A DNA stretch of 64,000 nucleotides, from NCBI GenBank assembly GCA_951804945.1, contig OX638151.1, positions 60,016,001 through 60,080,000 of the forward strand. The letters run 5' to 3'. This document shows positions 25,401 through 38,773 of this stretch, in pieces; the stretch's first letter is position 1, and each line of letters starts with the position of its first letter. The stretch comes from Podarcis cretensis (Eukaryota). Under the pieces are notes generated by a model, which did not search any database, had not been told where the DNA came from, and saw only the letters and a list, made by a program, of their open reading frames with translations. Position numbers and translations under genes: made by a program.

Positions 25401-28400
25401 ACAGAACTTGTGAGAAGCAGGCAGTTCTGACATCCAGACAGCAAAGAGGGTGCCATGGAGATACTGCCATGATCAGGATCTCCAACGGCCACAGACGCTG
25501 AGGCCAGAAGGAAGCTAAGAGGACCACTGTGGCTTTTCCTCCCTGATATTATGAAGGACTCAGGTAAGAACAGAAATCAAGGAACGGTGTACAATAAGCC
25601 CAGGCCCAAGGAGACAGCAGTTTACTGAACCTCTACTAATAGGCTCTAAACTATAGTATTAATTAACTATGAAACATATTTTTATACTACAAGGAGGCAG
25701 AGTCCCTCTCTGCCTTCAGGATCTTTTTTAAAAGTAGAAGGAAATGGTATGGACTTTGTAAAGGATTTTGGTTCAACAAGAACAGATGCCCCCTTAAATG
25801 GTGCTGAGGTAAGTTCTGCAGGAGGGCAATGAAGTCTAAGGCCATTGCAAAGCAAAAGCACATAGTGGGAGTCATGAGAGATATAACCCATCAGGCCCAG
25901 GCAATGGTGAAGGCAAATGTTGTTAAAGGTCCAGACTGTCCACAGATATAATAAATGGATTCATCCCTTTCCATGGATAAGGGCTGCCTATGAGATGCTT
26001 AGTGCTTGTTTATGAAGCAAATGCTGAGCAAAGATCTTACATTTAGAGGAACAAGGAAAAGCTGCCTTAGCAGGCACTTTAAGTTTATTCAAAGGCTGAA
26101 TTTGGGCAGGAGGCATGGCTATTGCCACCAGAGAGCACACTGACAGCCATCCCTACTCTTCAGAAAGCCAGAATGCTGAGGCATGGATACATAGCACACA
26201 CCAAACCAGAAGGTGCAGTGTTCCAAAACAGCTAAGAAGAATTGCCGAGGTTCAAATACCAACAAAGCTGCCTCCATCCTCCACTGAAGCAGTTACTGGT
26301 GAAATCAGGATGAGAGAAAAAAGGCAAGCAGGCAAGGCAAAGGGGTTCTATTTATGGGAGAGATGCAAGCAGCAAAGAATGTAGAAAACAGCCAAGAAAG
26401 AAGGGCTCAGGTGACAAGAGACAGGCTGAGAGAAGAAAGTGCTGGAGCAGTCGTGAGGAGGAGAGAAGGTTAGGAGTGACAGCCATACTGCCCTGGTATA
26501 CTGAAGGGAGAACGGGATGGCTTAGAAACAGTTAAGAGGAAGGCAAATACTGGAACGAAGAAGAAAAATTTAGAATTTAGAACACCTGAGAAGAGAAAGA
26601 ACAGGAGCTCAAAAGCAATGTGACTACTTTGATGAAGGCAAGAGTCAACTAGGAGCTGCCTACTTCATACAAGTTCTGTTCCCACCTTCAACCACCAGGT
26701 GGAGCCAATACTCAACCAATGACCTTCACAGGAAGTGTGCCACATTAAACATGGCATTTGAAGCAGAGACATATATCCCCAAACACTTGGGGGAAGAAGC
26801 ATGTTCTCGCTACACTATTACTTCTTTCACATTCTTCCTCCTGTGCAAGAATGGTGTACTGTGGTTACTGCATACTATAAGGTCCCAGGGCTGGTTACAC
26901 TAAAAGGTCCCAAGGTAATAGAAAATAAAGCATTCAAAAAAGATTAAAACAAACTATGCTCACAACAGGTGTCTTTAAGCATATGACAAAAAGGTGTATA
27001 ATGAAGGTGACAGATATATTTCTGTGGGAAGCTATTCCACACAGAGAATGCTCTCAGCTCAGGTCACAGCCCGAGACCTCTAAGGACAGTGGAACTACCA
27101 ACCTCGCTGATTTTAACACCCAAGGAGGTCTGTAGGAAAGGAGGTGGTCTTTCAGATATTTGGGGACTAAGTGAGCACCATGAACTAAGCCCAGAAACAA
27201 ACCAGCAATCAGTGCAGCTCTTTTAGAACAGGGCTTGAAGGGAGCCCCAGTCAGTAGTATGGCTGCTGGAGGTTACCAGAGCATGGAGTACTGTGGCCAA
27301 GTTGTCTCTGTGCAAATTAGACTGTAACTGGCGAAGCATCCAGAGCTGGAAAAAGGCATGCCTAGTTACCAAGGCCAACTGAGCCTCCAATGACAAGGCT
27401 GAATTCAGTAGCACCCCCCAGCTACGGACATGCTACTTCTAGGGAAGTACAACCCCCAACCATGACAGGTCCCCACATCCCAGAATCAAGAACCTGGGAC
27501 ACAGAATACTGCTTTCTTTTCAGGATTCTGATTCAGTTTATTGGCTCACACACAGTCCATCACCACCTCTAAGCATCAGTCTAACATCTTGACTACCTCT
27601 CCCAATTCATATGCAACAGAAAAACAGAACTGGGTATCATCTGCATATTGGTGACACCAAATTTCCTGATGGCAGTTCCCAGTGGCTTCATATAGATGTT
27701 CCAGGGACAAAATAGAATACTGCAGGACACCACAGGACAACTCTCATGGCACTTAACAGTAGCCTCCCATAACTACTTTCTGGAAACAGCCCTGGATGAA
27801 GGATTGGAACTACTGAAGTACAGTGCCCCCAACCCCCACCTCCCTGAGATGATCCAGAAGGACAGTGGGAGGTCAAGGAGAATGAGCTGGCTTGCACTCT
27901 TCTCACCTCTCTCCTGACAAATGTCATCAACCAGGGTGTCCAAGGTGGCTTCAGTACCATAACTGGGCCTGAAGCAAGACTGAAATGGATCTAAGCAAAG
28001 AGTTTTTTCCAAGCATGTCTAAAGCTGTACTGCCACAACCCTCCCAAGCGTTGTCCAAAAATTAGTTATTTGGTACTGGGCAATAGTGATTTAACATTTC
28101 TGGGACAGAAAATGTCTTCCTAAGGAGGAGCCACACCACCATGTCCTTCCAGGCAGGTGGTCAGTCCCTCTCCTCAAGTGAAGCATTAATCACTCATTGC
28201 AAACCCAGCTAACCATCTACGGCTAGCTCTCAGAAGCGGAGATGGGCAAGCATCAAAGGGCAGTTGGTTGGCTGCACTTCTTCAAGCAGCTTATCCACAT
28301 CTTCAGGTATGAAGCAACTCTAAAATTTTCTGTTCATATGCACTTCCTCCTCTGAGAATTTTAGGCTTGTGGTTTGCTGAATTTATGTGATTGCTTCCAT

Positions 28401-29188
28401 GTGCCAATACACACCTTAACAGATCAAATACAGCATGCTGAAATAATTGTGTCCAAAAATGAAGGGGTTAAGTGCTGCGTGGTTCTGTGAAGCAGTTAGT
28501 TCAGAATAAATTAACAGGGCATTTATGATAACAGGGTGTGATAGCACAAAGGAAGACGAAAAGTAAATCTCAAACAGGGAAAGGCAAGACAATGGAAGAT
28601 GGTTGATGTAACACATAAACCTTGGTAAAGAATAACACTTTTTGTATAAAAAAGTAATGAAGTAGAATATTATATCTTTGAAGGTGACTCAGAAAGTACA
28701 ACTAATACAGAATGTGGCAGCTAGACTGGCGACTGGGTGTGGCCGCTGGAACCATGTAACACTGGTCCTAAAGGATCTTCACTGGCTCCCAGTACATTTC
28801 CAAGCACAGTTCAAAGTACTGGCGCTGGCCTTTAAAGCCTTAAGCAGCCTCAGCCCAGTATACCTGAAAGAGCATCTCCATCCCCATCACTCAGCCCAGT
28901 CACAGAGGTCCTCCTCAGAGGGTCTTCTGGCAGTTCCTTCACTGTGAGAAGTAAAGTTACAGGGACCCAGGCAGAGGGCCTTCTAGGCAGTGGCACCCTC
29001 CCTGTGGAATGTGCCCCCCCCCCATGTCAAGGAAATAAACAACTACACAACTTTTAGAAGACATCTGAAGGCAGCCCTGTATCGGGAAATGTTTGACATT
29101 AATGTTTGACATTTTATTATGATTTTATATGTTCTGTAAGCTGCCCACAGTGGCTGGGGGAAATGGGGTAATAAAGAAGAAGAAGAAG

Positions 29189-29220
<32 letters not shown>

Positions 29221-32200
29221 TGCTTATTATATATGCTAAATTTGGCAGTCTGGAATACTCTTAAAATGAAGACTGTTTGCCTACCATAATCAGATGATGT
29301 TTTCTAAAAAGAAGCCCCTACAGAATATTGTCAACATATAAACCTTTTGGTTTGTGCAAGTTACTTTCAAAGAAAAAGCTAGTCGCATGGACTCCTAATC
29401 AGCTTGCGGTCCAGTAAGTAGAAGACCAATACAAAAATTTATCAGCAAGTATCAAGTGTATGACCTTACCTCCAGATGGTTGTCTGCTTTTACGTGGAGA
29501 TCGGGGTTCCCTCCTATAAGGATCATTAGAACCATACAATTCAACAGTGCCAAGGTTTAAAAGTGTGGTCTTTTGGATGTAATCAACCATTGCGATACCA
29601 TTACAATTGCCGAAAACTACTCTGAAAGAAAATTTATTAGAAAGAATATGATGGCAATGAATGATTGATATCCAAATATATGCTTATGTTAAGTACAACA
29701 TTTTACTTTCCATTTTTAGGAATTAGTTGAACTGATTATTTTTCAAAATCTAAAATCTATTCTTATATAACATTTAGAAATGAAAATTTGCATGAAAAAC
29801 TATTCAAAGAACAATTTATTTTAGTAGTAGTTGCTGAGAATAAAACCAATAGACTATTGCCTTACTAAATAGCAAACCTCCACCTGCCATAGAATGATTA
29901 CTGTCCACTGCTTACTCAAGGGTAACTGTTTTGTTGCAGTGTGGGAAGAAGCTAATAGCTGCCTTGTTAGTTTGTCCTTGACATGCATTCGTGTTTGGCA
30001 TGGTTTTACATTAATATTTATTTCTTATAAAACAGGTTTAAGTAAATAAGCAGTAAGAACAATACATAATAAGATGCAACTCTAAACAACAAGCAAGATA
30101 AAAACAACAGAATGAGCTGGAAACACCAACAGGAGACTTTTGATTCTGAACTGTTGCGATTAACCAAAAAAGCATTTTCACATCTATATAATAGGAGCTG
30201 AGACAATCCACCATCTGGCTGCAGAAGAATACCAAAATATAATCTTCCCCATTCCTGGCTGCTACACTTGAGATTTGCCTCATCACCACTGATGACTCTG
30301 TACTTCTACTTTTTACAAAACGTCTTACACCTCCATGCCTCACCCAGAGGTTTCGTATGCTGGTCTGATTGTCTTAGTCACATCATCTAACCTTCTGCTA
30401 TACAATTACCCAAATGAATACCCCACTGTACATCCAACGTTCAATTACTTCATTCTCACCATCTTGTTTTAATGTCCGACAATTGACTAATTTGCTTGTT
30501 ATAGCAGCACATTATTGCATTCTCCCATATTCTTTCTGAATGTCCACCTAGCCTAGATACAACCAAAAAACTAAACAAAAAAAGCCTCTTCACAAAACAG
30601 CTGGTAGTCTAAAAATATACAAGACATTCAAGAAATCAGAGATGGCACAGAAGATTGTGTTCTACGCTGAGAACCATTTGTCAACTTTTCTGAAAGTGCT
30701 GTGTACACATCTAACAGCAGAAGCTATCTTCCCCATGTAATATACGAAGATGGTACAACATTATTGTAATGAAAGGGAACCTTGGACAAAGACTGAAATG
30801 TGTTTGTGGCTGAATACCACAATAAATGAGAAGGCCCTTTAAGTACCTTTTTACTGAAAACATGGAAACAAGTAGCATATCAAAGCAACATGAATCCAGT
30901 AGTTTAGCAGTAACGTCATATTCCTTCTGCGACAGGACAATGGGATTTAAGGAAGAGAAAGCACAGCACCAAATATACTTACAAGCCATAGGCAGAGTTG
31001 ATTGCAAGGCTTGTTATTTGCTGAGGTGGTTCTCCACTCACCCATACTAACTGGATAACCAGCTCAACCTGGTAGCCTGGAGACTGCTTGAGGGAAGAGT
31101 TTTTAACTCTGCAATATACAGGAAAGGTAGACAACATTTATTCTTGTGGAAGTCTGCCAATAAATTTTACTAGAGTGGGAATATTTCATGACTGATTGTA
31201 TTTCTTACTGCAAGTTAGTACAGCTTCAAATGCTTACTCTGGAACAGATTCATATGATGTGGGGGAGACTTTTTAATGTAAGTGGCCATGTTCTGATGTT
31301 GAGAAGGATCACATGCAAGCACTGGAGAGCACATTTCCCCCCCACCCCTGGTCCCGGTGTACATAAATTGCTTAATCAGTCACATTTTAACATATTTTCC
31401 GATCCTGGCATGTAAATGATGGTTTGCACACAGCAGAGCTTGCTTAGTTAAAATGAAATGGCAAACTATAATTTGCTGAAGTGATTGCAAAATTAAGCAT
31501 TATATCATAAGGACTCACAATACTTATTATACATTTATTTATTTTTCTTTAATTTAAAGCATTTATAAAGCATTTATGGAAACAGAAATTCAGTAATAAC
31601 AGAGACCAATCTTATGAGTCAGGGACAGCCAGGACAAAATGGTATATCTTTACAAAGTGTCTAAAGCAACTGATAGATGATGCTTCACATATGGCAGAGG
31701 AAAGAGCATTTCACAGTGCAATTAGTTCCGCTCTCTGCCAAGTCTCAATAAAGTAGAATTTGGCGGCTTGTCATGACTGGTGAGCTAGACTTGAGAGTTG
31801 GTAACTTACCTAAATTAATCTCTTGAGTCCATGGCTCAACTGAAATTTGAACCAGGAATCTGCAGGCTCATAACTTATTCTCTATCTCAAATATGAAGGA
31901 ATAGGAAACAGTACAGGAAAGTGAGATAAGGCAGGAGATTCTAAGTTAGATGTGTAGTTGGGGGCATTTGGCATCCGATTCTCTCTGGAGGACTGAGAAT
32001 GGACATGCTGTTTTTTAAGAAAAGCTGCAGTTGCTATATATCAAACTTTGGCAAATACAGCTATTGAAACACATAAGTAGTTTTATAGGCTCCTGTAAGC
32101 AATATATAATTACTTTGTACATTGATACAAGCTCAATACATGTGTCTTCTATTAGCGCACCTTTGTAAAGCATACACTAGGAGGAGGTATGAGTAACCAT

Positions 32201-35200
32201 ATCCCAAAGCAGCACATGTCAAAAGCCAAAAGTTTTTTCTACAATAAGATTAAGCAGTCTATGAAGGTAAGATACAGTATTTAGAAATACTAGCCTTACA
32301 CTTACTTTAAACATGGGACGTTATCCCGAAGCCCATCAGATGAGCTGCTGCTAGTGGATGGATGAGACTGGGGAGCAATGGACTGAGGGTTGGAACCTGT
32401 GCCTGGAGTAGGCAGTGGTGGCACTTGCTCAGAATCTGGAGACTCTATATAATTTATTTCATACAATAGCCGTACTTCAAGCATCTGCAAATGACAATAG
32501 AGAAGACATGACACAGTCCGAGAGTTCTTTGCACTGCAAATTTTGCAGTTGCCAATTCACTACTTTGGTCTCAACAACTTCCATAAAGTTAAATACAAAA
32601 CTTCTTATTAAAGACAAGTGGATGGCCTCAACCATAGTATCAAGCTGCAATGTATCAATCAAATACCAGACAATAAGGTACCAAGAGTACTATGAGGTTT
32701 GTTTGACACTATCCTGAGAGATGCTGGGAGCTGCAGGTAAATAACATTTAGAACAGCACGGATTTGCCATTCCTGTTTTAGAGAAACACTTGCAGCTGAT
32801 TCTGTGGGCTGTGACCACCTCCTCAGAACTGAGCAGTAACACAGGATCAAGAAATACTTCTGAGTGGTGCACCTTCTCATTTAAAGGCAATGTAACCACA
32901 TCTAGGAGAGGAAATAGCAGCATCTTTATAGACCTAGATTGTCCTGTCATCATGGTCCTGTCATCATTCCTATCAGGAATAAGCTTCAATTTGTTAGTGC
33001 TCATCCAGTCCATAACTACATATGTTCAGGCATTAATTAAATGCACAAACAATTGTTTCTTGGTTTGATGGAAACAAATAAAGCTGGGCGACATTGTGTA
33101 TATTGAGAAGAACTGCTGAACATTCTCCCTCCATAGCTGAAGAGCACTGTGGACATCCATCTCGGGTGATCCAGAAAATTTGATCAAATACCATGATACT
33201 ATATCAGGCATAGGCAAACTCGGCCCTCCAGATGTTTTAGGACTACAACTCCCATCATCCCTAGCTAACAGGACCAGTGGTCAGGGATGATGGGAATTGT
33301 AGTCTCAAAACATCTGGAGGGCAGAGTTTGCCTATGCCTGTACTATATTGGCAATACAGATAATGAACAAGTTATACCCTCCCTGTTCAAATCTAGATGA
33401 AGACAACCAAAGCATTACGGTGTTCTCAAACCCTCCCAAATATTTACTGATATGGGTCAACAGTCTGCCTCATCCATCAATTTTTTGATTTGATTATGAA
33501 CAACTTATGAAACCCTCCAACCACTGTCTATGATTTAATGGGTGAAAAAACTGAACAAACCTGTATAAAAATATTAGCTGCACTCTCTTCATAAGGCCAG
33601 GTATAAAGTACATGTGACCAAGGAGCTACTATGAGATTTTACCTTTAAGCAAGCATCTAATGCAAGATTAAATTGTTCAATCTAATTTCAATTTATCATT
33701 TTCAAAATAAAATGGATTTCAGCTAAATTTTAATTGTATTTGTAATGAGTAAGCCTAATGTTTTCAGCATATCCTATTCCCAAGAAAGTGACATAACCAC
33801 TGAGCATGGAACAAACTAGTCAAAAAAATGTTCAAGCTAGTTTATACTAGTTTATATATTGGCTAAATATAGGGATTAACAAATATATAAATGCATGTCC
33901 AATATAGATAACTGTCAATTACCGGAATCACATCTGTTGTAATTTCTTGTTTGCTGAATCTGTAAACAATGACATGTGCAGAAACTCCTGCAATGCACAG
34001 CATCCTGCTTTCTGCACACCACGAGATGATCTGAATGGCATATGGGTCTTCATCTACTATGTCTGTGCTAGGTCTGTCGTCCTTATTTTTTGATTTTTCG
34101 AAGACTTTAGCTGTTTTTAGTTTGTACAGCACTTGCAATGTTACTAGGAATAAAATAAAAAATAATTACCAACGTAATTTTGTAAACAAAAATATTGTTC
34201 AAATAAGGCCATTCTGAAACCATGGTAATACAGTGCTCACATTTCCATTTAAGCTGATTGAAAGTTCCTCTGCGGGTGATGTGTGCATGTTTGCTAGTGA
34301 GATAGATATCAATTTGTATTCCGCACACATGTGGTTCCAAAATATAACACTTTTCAGGATGTTGAGGAACTTCAGTGGGAAGACAAGGGTCAGGAGGGGC
34401 CTGATAATTTATATGCAAATCATTGCATGCAGTCCTTTCGATCCTGGGCATTGTGTATTATGGCCAGAATCCAAAGGGCACAGAAGCAGAAAAGCTTTGC
34501 AGCCTTCCCTTATGCAGAGAAGGATTGTGCCCTCAATTATGAAATGCCATTAAGACAAAATATATAATCAAAAATAGTGTTACAGCACCTTCTATGCTCC
34601 AGGATTTCAATTTGTGTTTCAAGGAGGTGATACGGGTTGCTTAGGAGGTATCAAGTAACTATCATGTATGATTTGAAACCTCATCTCCTCCATCACCTTC
34701 CTCACTTCCTGTCTTTCATATCAAACTTTTGGCTCAGAGGTTAATTACACTCAAGTCCTATTTAAGCTGAGCAGACAATTTAGTCACAGAGGCAGGGCAG
34801 AGGGATTGTGGTGTTAAGGGCACACTAGCAGAGCCCATACGGTTCTCCTGCTGGTGTGCCTTTACAGCCCGACTCTCACAGCCACCCTGCCTCATCCCCT
34901 ACAGCAACCTGGTAAGAAGCAGTGCCACCTCTTATGGGAGAGGCAGTTCTGCAGATGCTGGCTATTCCTGGTCACAACTAATTTAGGACCATTCATTCCA
35001 ATGGGAATTAAGTACAGCAGATTTGAGCAAACAAGGCGAGTAAACTCCAAAAGATGTCATCTATAAGGCAACAGTTTAAGCAAAACACTCACTTGCAGAG
35101 GCATCCCAAAACTTGATCGATCCATCTGCATGCCTATCAAAACAAGAATTTTTTAAAGCAAAATCTCTTTAGAAAAGAAATAGCAAGGCCGATGAGATTT

Positions 35201-38200
35201 AGTTAGTGATGTTAAATTGATGTAACAAACCCATATGCTCCTATTTTCTTCTTAGTATTAGCCTATCATAGGTGAGCTGCATGTTGAGGGAAGGCTTGCT
35301 GAAGGAAGTCCTAGGAAGATACAATGCATCTATGTGTACTCTGAATGAGGAGACATTTAATACTTCCAAGATCCCACTGGTGCTGCCTAAGTCATACAGT
35401 ATCAAGCATAATGGGCATGATACCCTATAATCATGTTGCTAAATGTAAAGTTTTACATTTCCCAATAGAAGTAAATAACAGACATTCACTTATATGGAAG
35501 AGGTAAAGAGTTGTACTTGAAGACACCACCAAGACTGGTGCTAAACTCAACCTCTTGTCATGGTGACTTTATAATCTGGGATGAATAATGGATTTTGCCC
35601 TCTCTTAACAGAGTGAGAGGGGGCAACAGATTGTAGGTTTTTTGTTTTGCTCTATAGAACCAAATGATTTCCAGTGCAACTAAGGCTGTAATCCTAAGAA
35701 CATTTACTAGTTTGTAGCTTCAATGAACTCAGCAGGACCTACTTTTCCATAAATGTGAATAGGACTGTGCTGCAAATCCATCCCACATGCATTGCAACAC
35801 CAACAGCTGGTGTCATCTCATGAGGGCAAATGCTAATTCTCCTTACTACCTCACTAAGAGACGTATGATAGGATTTGGTTTTATGAGTGCTTTTCTAATT
35901 TTAAAACAGTTTAGTTCCGTTCATCTTTTAATATTGATGTGCATGGTTTAAAAATTCTGAAATTCACTTGTGTCTTAGATGTTGCTTTAGAACATGATAG
36001 CCCAAGTGTTGCCTTCCAGATGTTGTTGAACTACAACTCCCATCAGCCCCAGCTAACATGCAAGTTGTCACTCAACAACATTGGCTACTCATATTTTATA
36101 TAATTATTTTTTTAAAAAAATATATATATTCTTTGTCTGAGGACTATGGATCTAGACAGAGAGAGTACAGTATATGTTGAAAACCATTCCCATAATCTAT
36201 CAAACAAGTAACAAATAATCAAAGCTAATTTTGTTTTTCTTTGTTTTTCTGATATGTTGAAAAGAAAAACAAAAAGTAGTAGTAGTATCAACACCAACAC
36301 TACTTAAAAGCCAGCATTATTGCCAACATATTATTCACAGTAACCACCCACAGAACCCACTGAGTGTCTGAAATGTTTCACATGCAATAGATAACAGCAA
36401 GCAACAGATATTTTTTAATTCACAGATATACATGCTGATTTTTCAGATTTTCTCTGCTCAAATTGGCTAGCACCTCATACGGCCAAGAAAACTTCATTAG
36501 ATAAATTATACAACATTTAAAATAACTCAGACCACCAGCTGACCTTACTTAAATGTTTTAAATGCCTGATACACACATGGCTACAAATGTGTACGCTATT
36601 GCAAAGAAAGGTGGAGGCTGAGAGCCACTGGAGAAGTATACCCACTGTTGCTCTCAAGTAAGCAGGGAAACCTTTACTAGCTTGCTCATTTTAACTCTTC
36701 AGTTTTACATTAGCATGATAGAAATCAGAAAAATATCCCTCTGCACCATAATTACCTGTCCTGCACAATGCAATTTTAGCCTCAGATCAAGGATCATACA
36801 GTAATCTTTTCCGCTGTTATAATTTTCAACACTAGCCCTAACTCTACATTTATATTTCTAATAAAAGCTGATGGTAAATGCCAGTGAAATGTCACACAGC
36901 AGGTGGTTTTTGGGGCTGTAAGTCCTTTTCTTTTCTTTTCTTTTCTTTTCTTTTCTCCCAATACATTTCTCTCCTCCCCCAAAAAGGGGCAAGCAATGCC
37001 TTTTATCCACCTCAAATTAGTTCATAATGTTACTTTAAGCATGACAGACAATTATTATCTAAATTACCCTAAAATATGTGTAGGTTACAATATACCAGTT
37101 TATGAATAATGACGCATAAATTATGCATATCCCCACATTTACCTCGGCAGCCTTGTCCAAACTAATGTAGTCTTATTACTTACCCAGTAATAATGATCTC
37201 TGGATAACTCTGTGTGACCAAACCCCAGTTTCCACCATTGATAGGCCATTCCTATTTAAAACAAACAAGCTGATTAAATCCAAACACATGGAATACTGTT
37301 GCTTAGTAATAAAGATATTAACTCCCTTTGGTACCTTTTTACTATAACCTTGACGTTTCTGGCGAGCCCCAACTGAATAAAGTGCTGGAATAAGGTCCAC
37401 AGGACAATCGGCAAAATATTCACAACAGGTAACTGGAGATTCATGTATACTCAAGGGATAGGGATTCTCAAATATAGGATACCTTTATGAAGGGATGAAA
37501 ACATGAAAGCAGTTAGTTAGCTGATAAATAAAATTTGTAGTATGCAACACTTTCTCCCAAGGTGGTATTAAACAATGATAAAAACGTCAATGCAAAAAAA
37601 GAAAAAAATAGTAAATGAATACAAGCGAGTACAAAGTAAAGCAGCAAAGGGGGAAAGGAGCTCAAATATTTATAATCTATGTGAATAAATATAAATCACT
37701 TTGGAATACTAGTATACTCGAAACACATTAGTAAAGATTTAATTGTAAACTGCTTGTGAAATATACTCTATAGAAAATTATCACTTCAACAGAATGCTGG
37801 TGAACTGCTAATCTCAAAAATCAAGAATTTTCAGAAATTATCTTGTAATATCCCAACCCTAATATGAACTCCTGCTGTCATTAAAAGATCTAACCTAATT
37901 TTATGTATAACTAAAAATTATCTTTAAGATGAAAATTAGCAGCTATAACACAATGCATAGCCATAGCTATGTTCCTCCTATCAGGTATATTAAGTGTTTG
38001 AATCATCACACAGTGTGCCATACTGGCCAAGTTTACACATCTTGCTGAACGCTGGTTTATAGAATTACAAAAATGAAGAGGTACAAACTACAGTGAGCCT
38101 CGGTCTTGGGTACTTCTCAATCCTCTTCCTGCATGGCCAGGATTATGTGTTTGGAAGCTTCTGCCTTTAAGTGCAGCTTGCTATAACATCTGGACCCAGA

Positions 38201-38725
38201 AGTGTGTTTATCAAACTGTGGTGAAGCAAAAGCTGCTGGAATTGTCCTGGTCACACAGGAGGAGGAGATCATGTTATAGTTTAGCATGACAGACAAATGT
38301 AGACACTGAATTACTGTAAAGAAGAATTCACTGTGAGTTATCTTCATTTCTTCATTCACCATTAGGAATACACACACACTCAGGGGCTATTTACAAGCAA
38401 ATCACAATAGAAAACTTAGTGTTTTGTTAAATGGAACAACCTTGATTGGTAAACTCCATCCATGACAGCTATGAGAAACACACCTTTATATAACCTCATT
38501 ATATTCTGAATTCTTACCCATTTTGTGCAAGATCAATAAGTACTAAATCTTTTTCTAGAAGAACGACCACAGCATATGGCTCTTGGAAATCTAAGACAGA
38601 GACAACAATGCAACCAAAGATGAAGCCTAATTAATAATTTAATAAAAGCAAACATTGATTCACCGCTGATTTAATATTTTGATGCTTAATGCAACATGGG
38701 AGGGAAACAGATTAATGCCATAAAC

Positions 38726-38773
<48 letters not shown>

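Noticed and set aside
30127-30218. Open 92-nt phase 2-1 segment (FQMVDCLSSYY...KSPV) after a ttcttctgcag acceptor, superficially a mutually exclusive partner of exon 18
   Set aside because: Only MVD matches exon 18, the donor TTG/gtgttt is weak and swapping would delete propeller sequence; likely chance.
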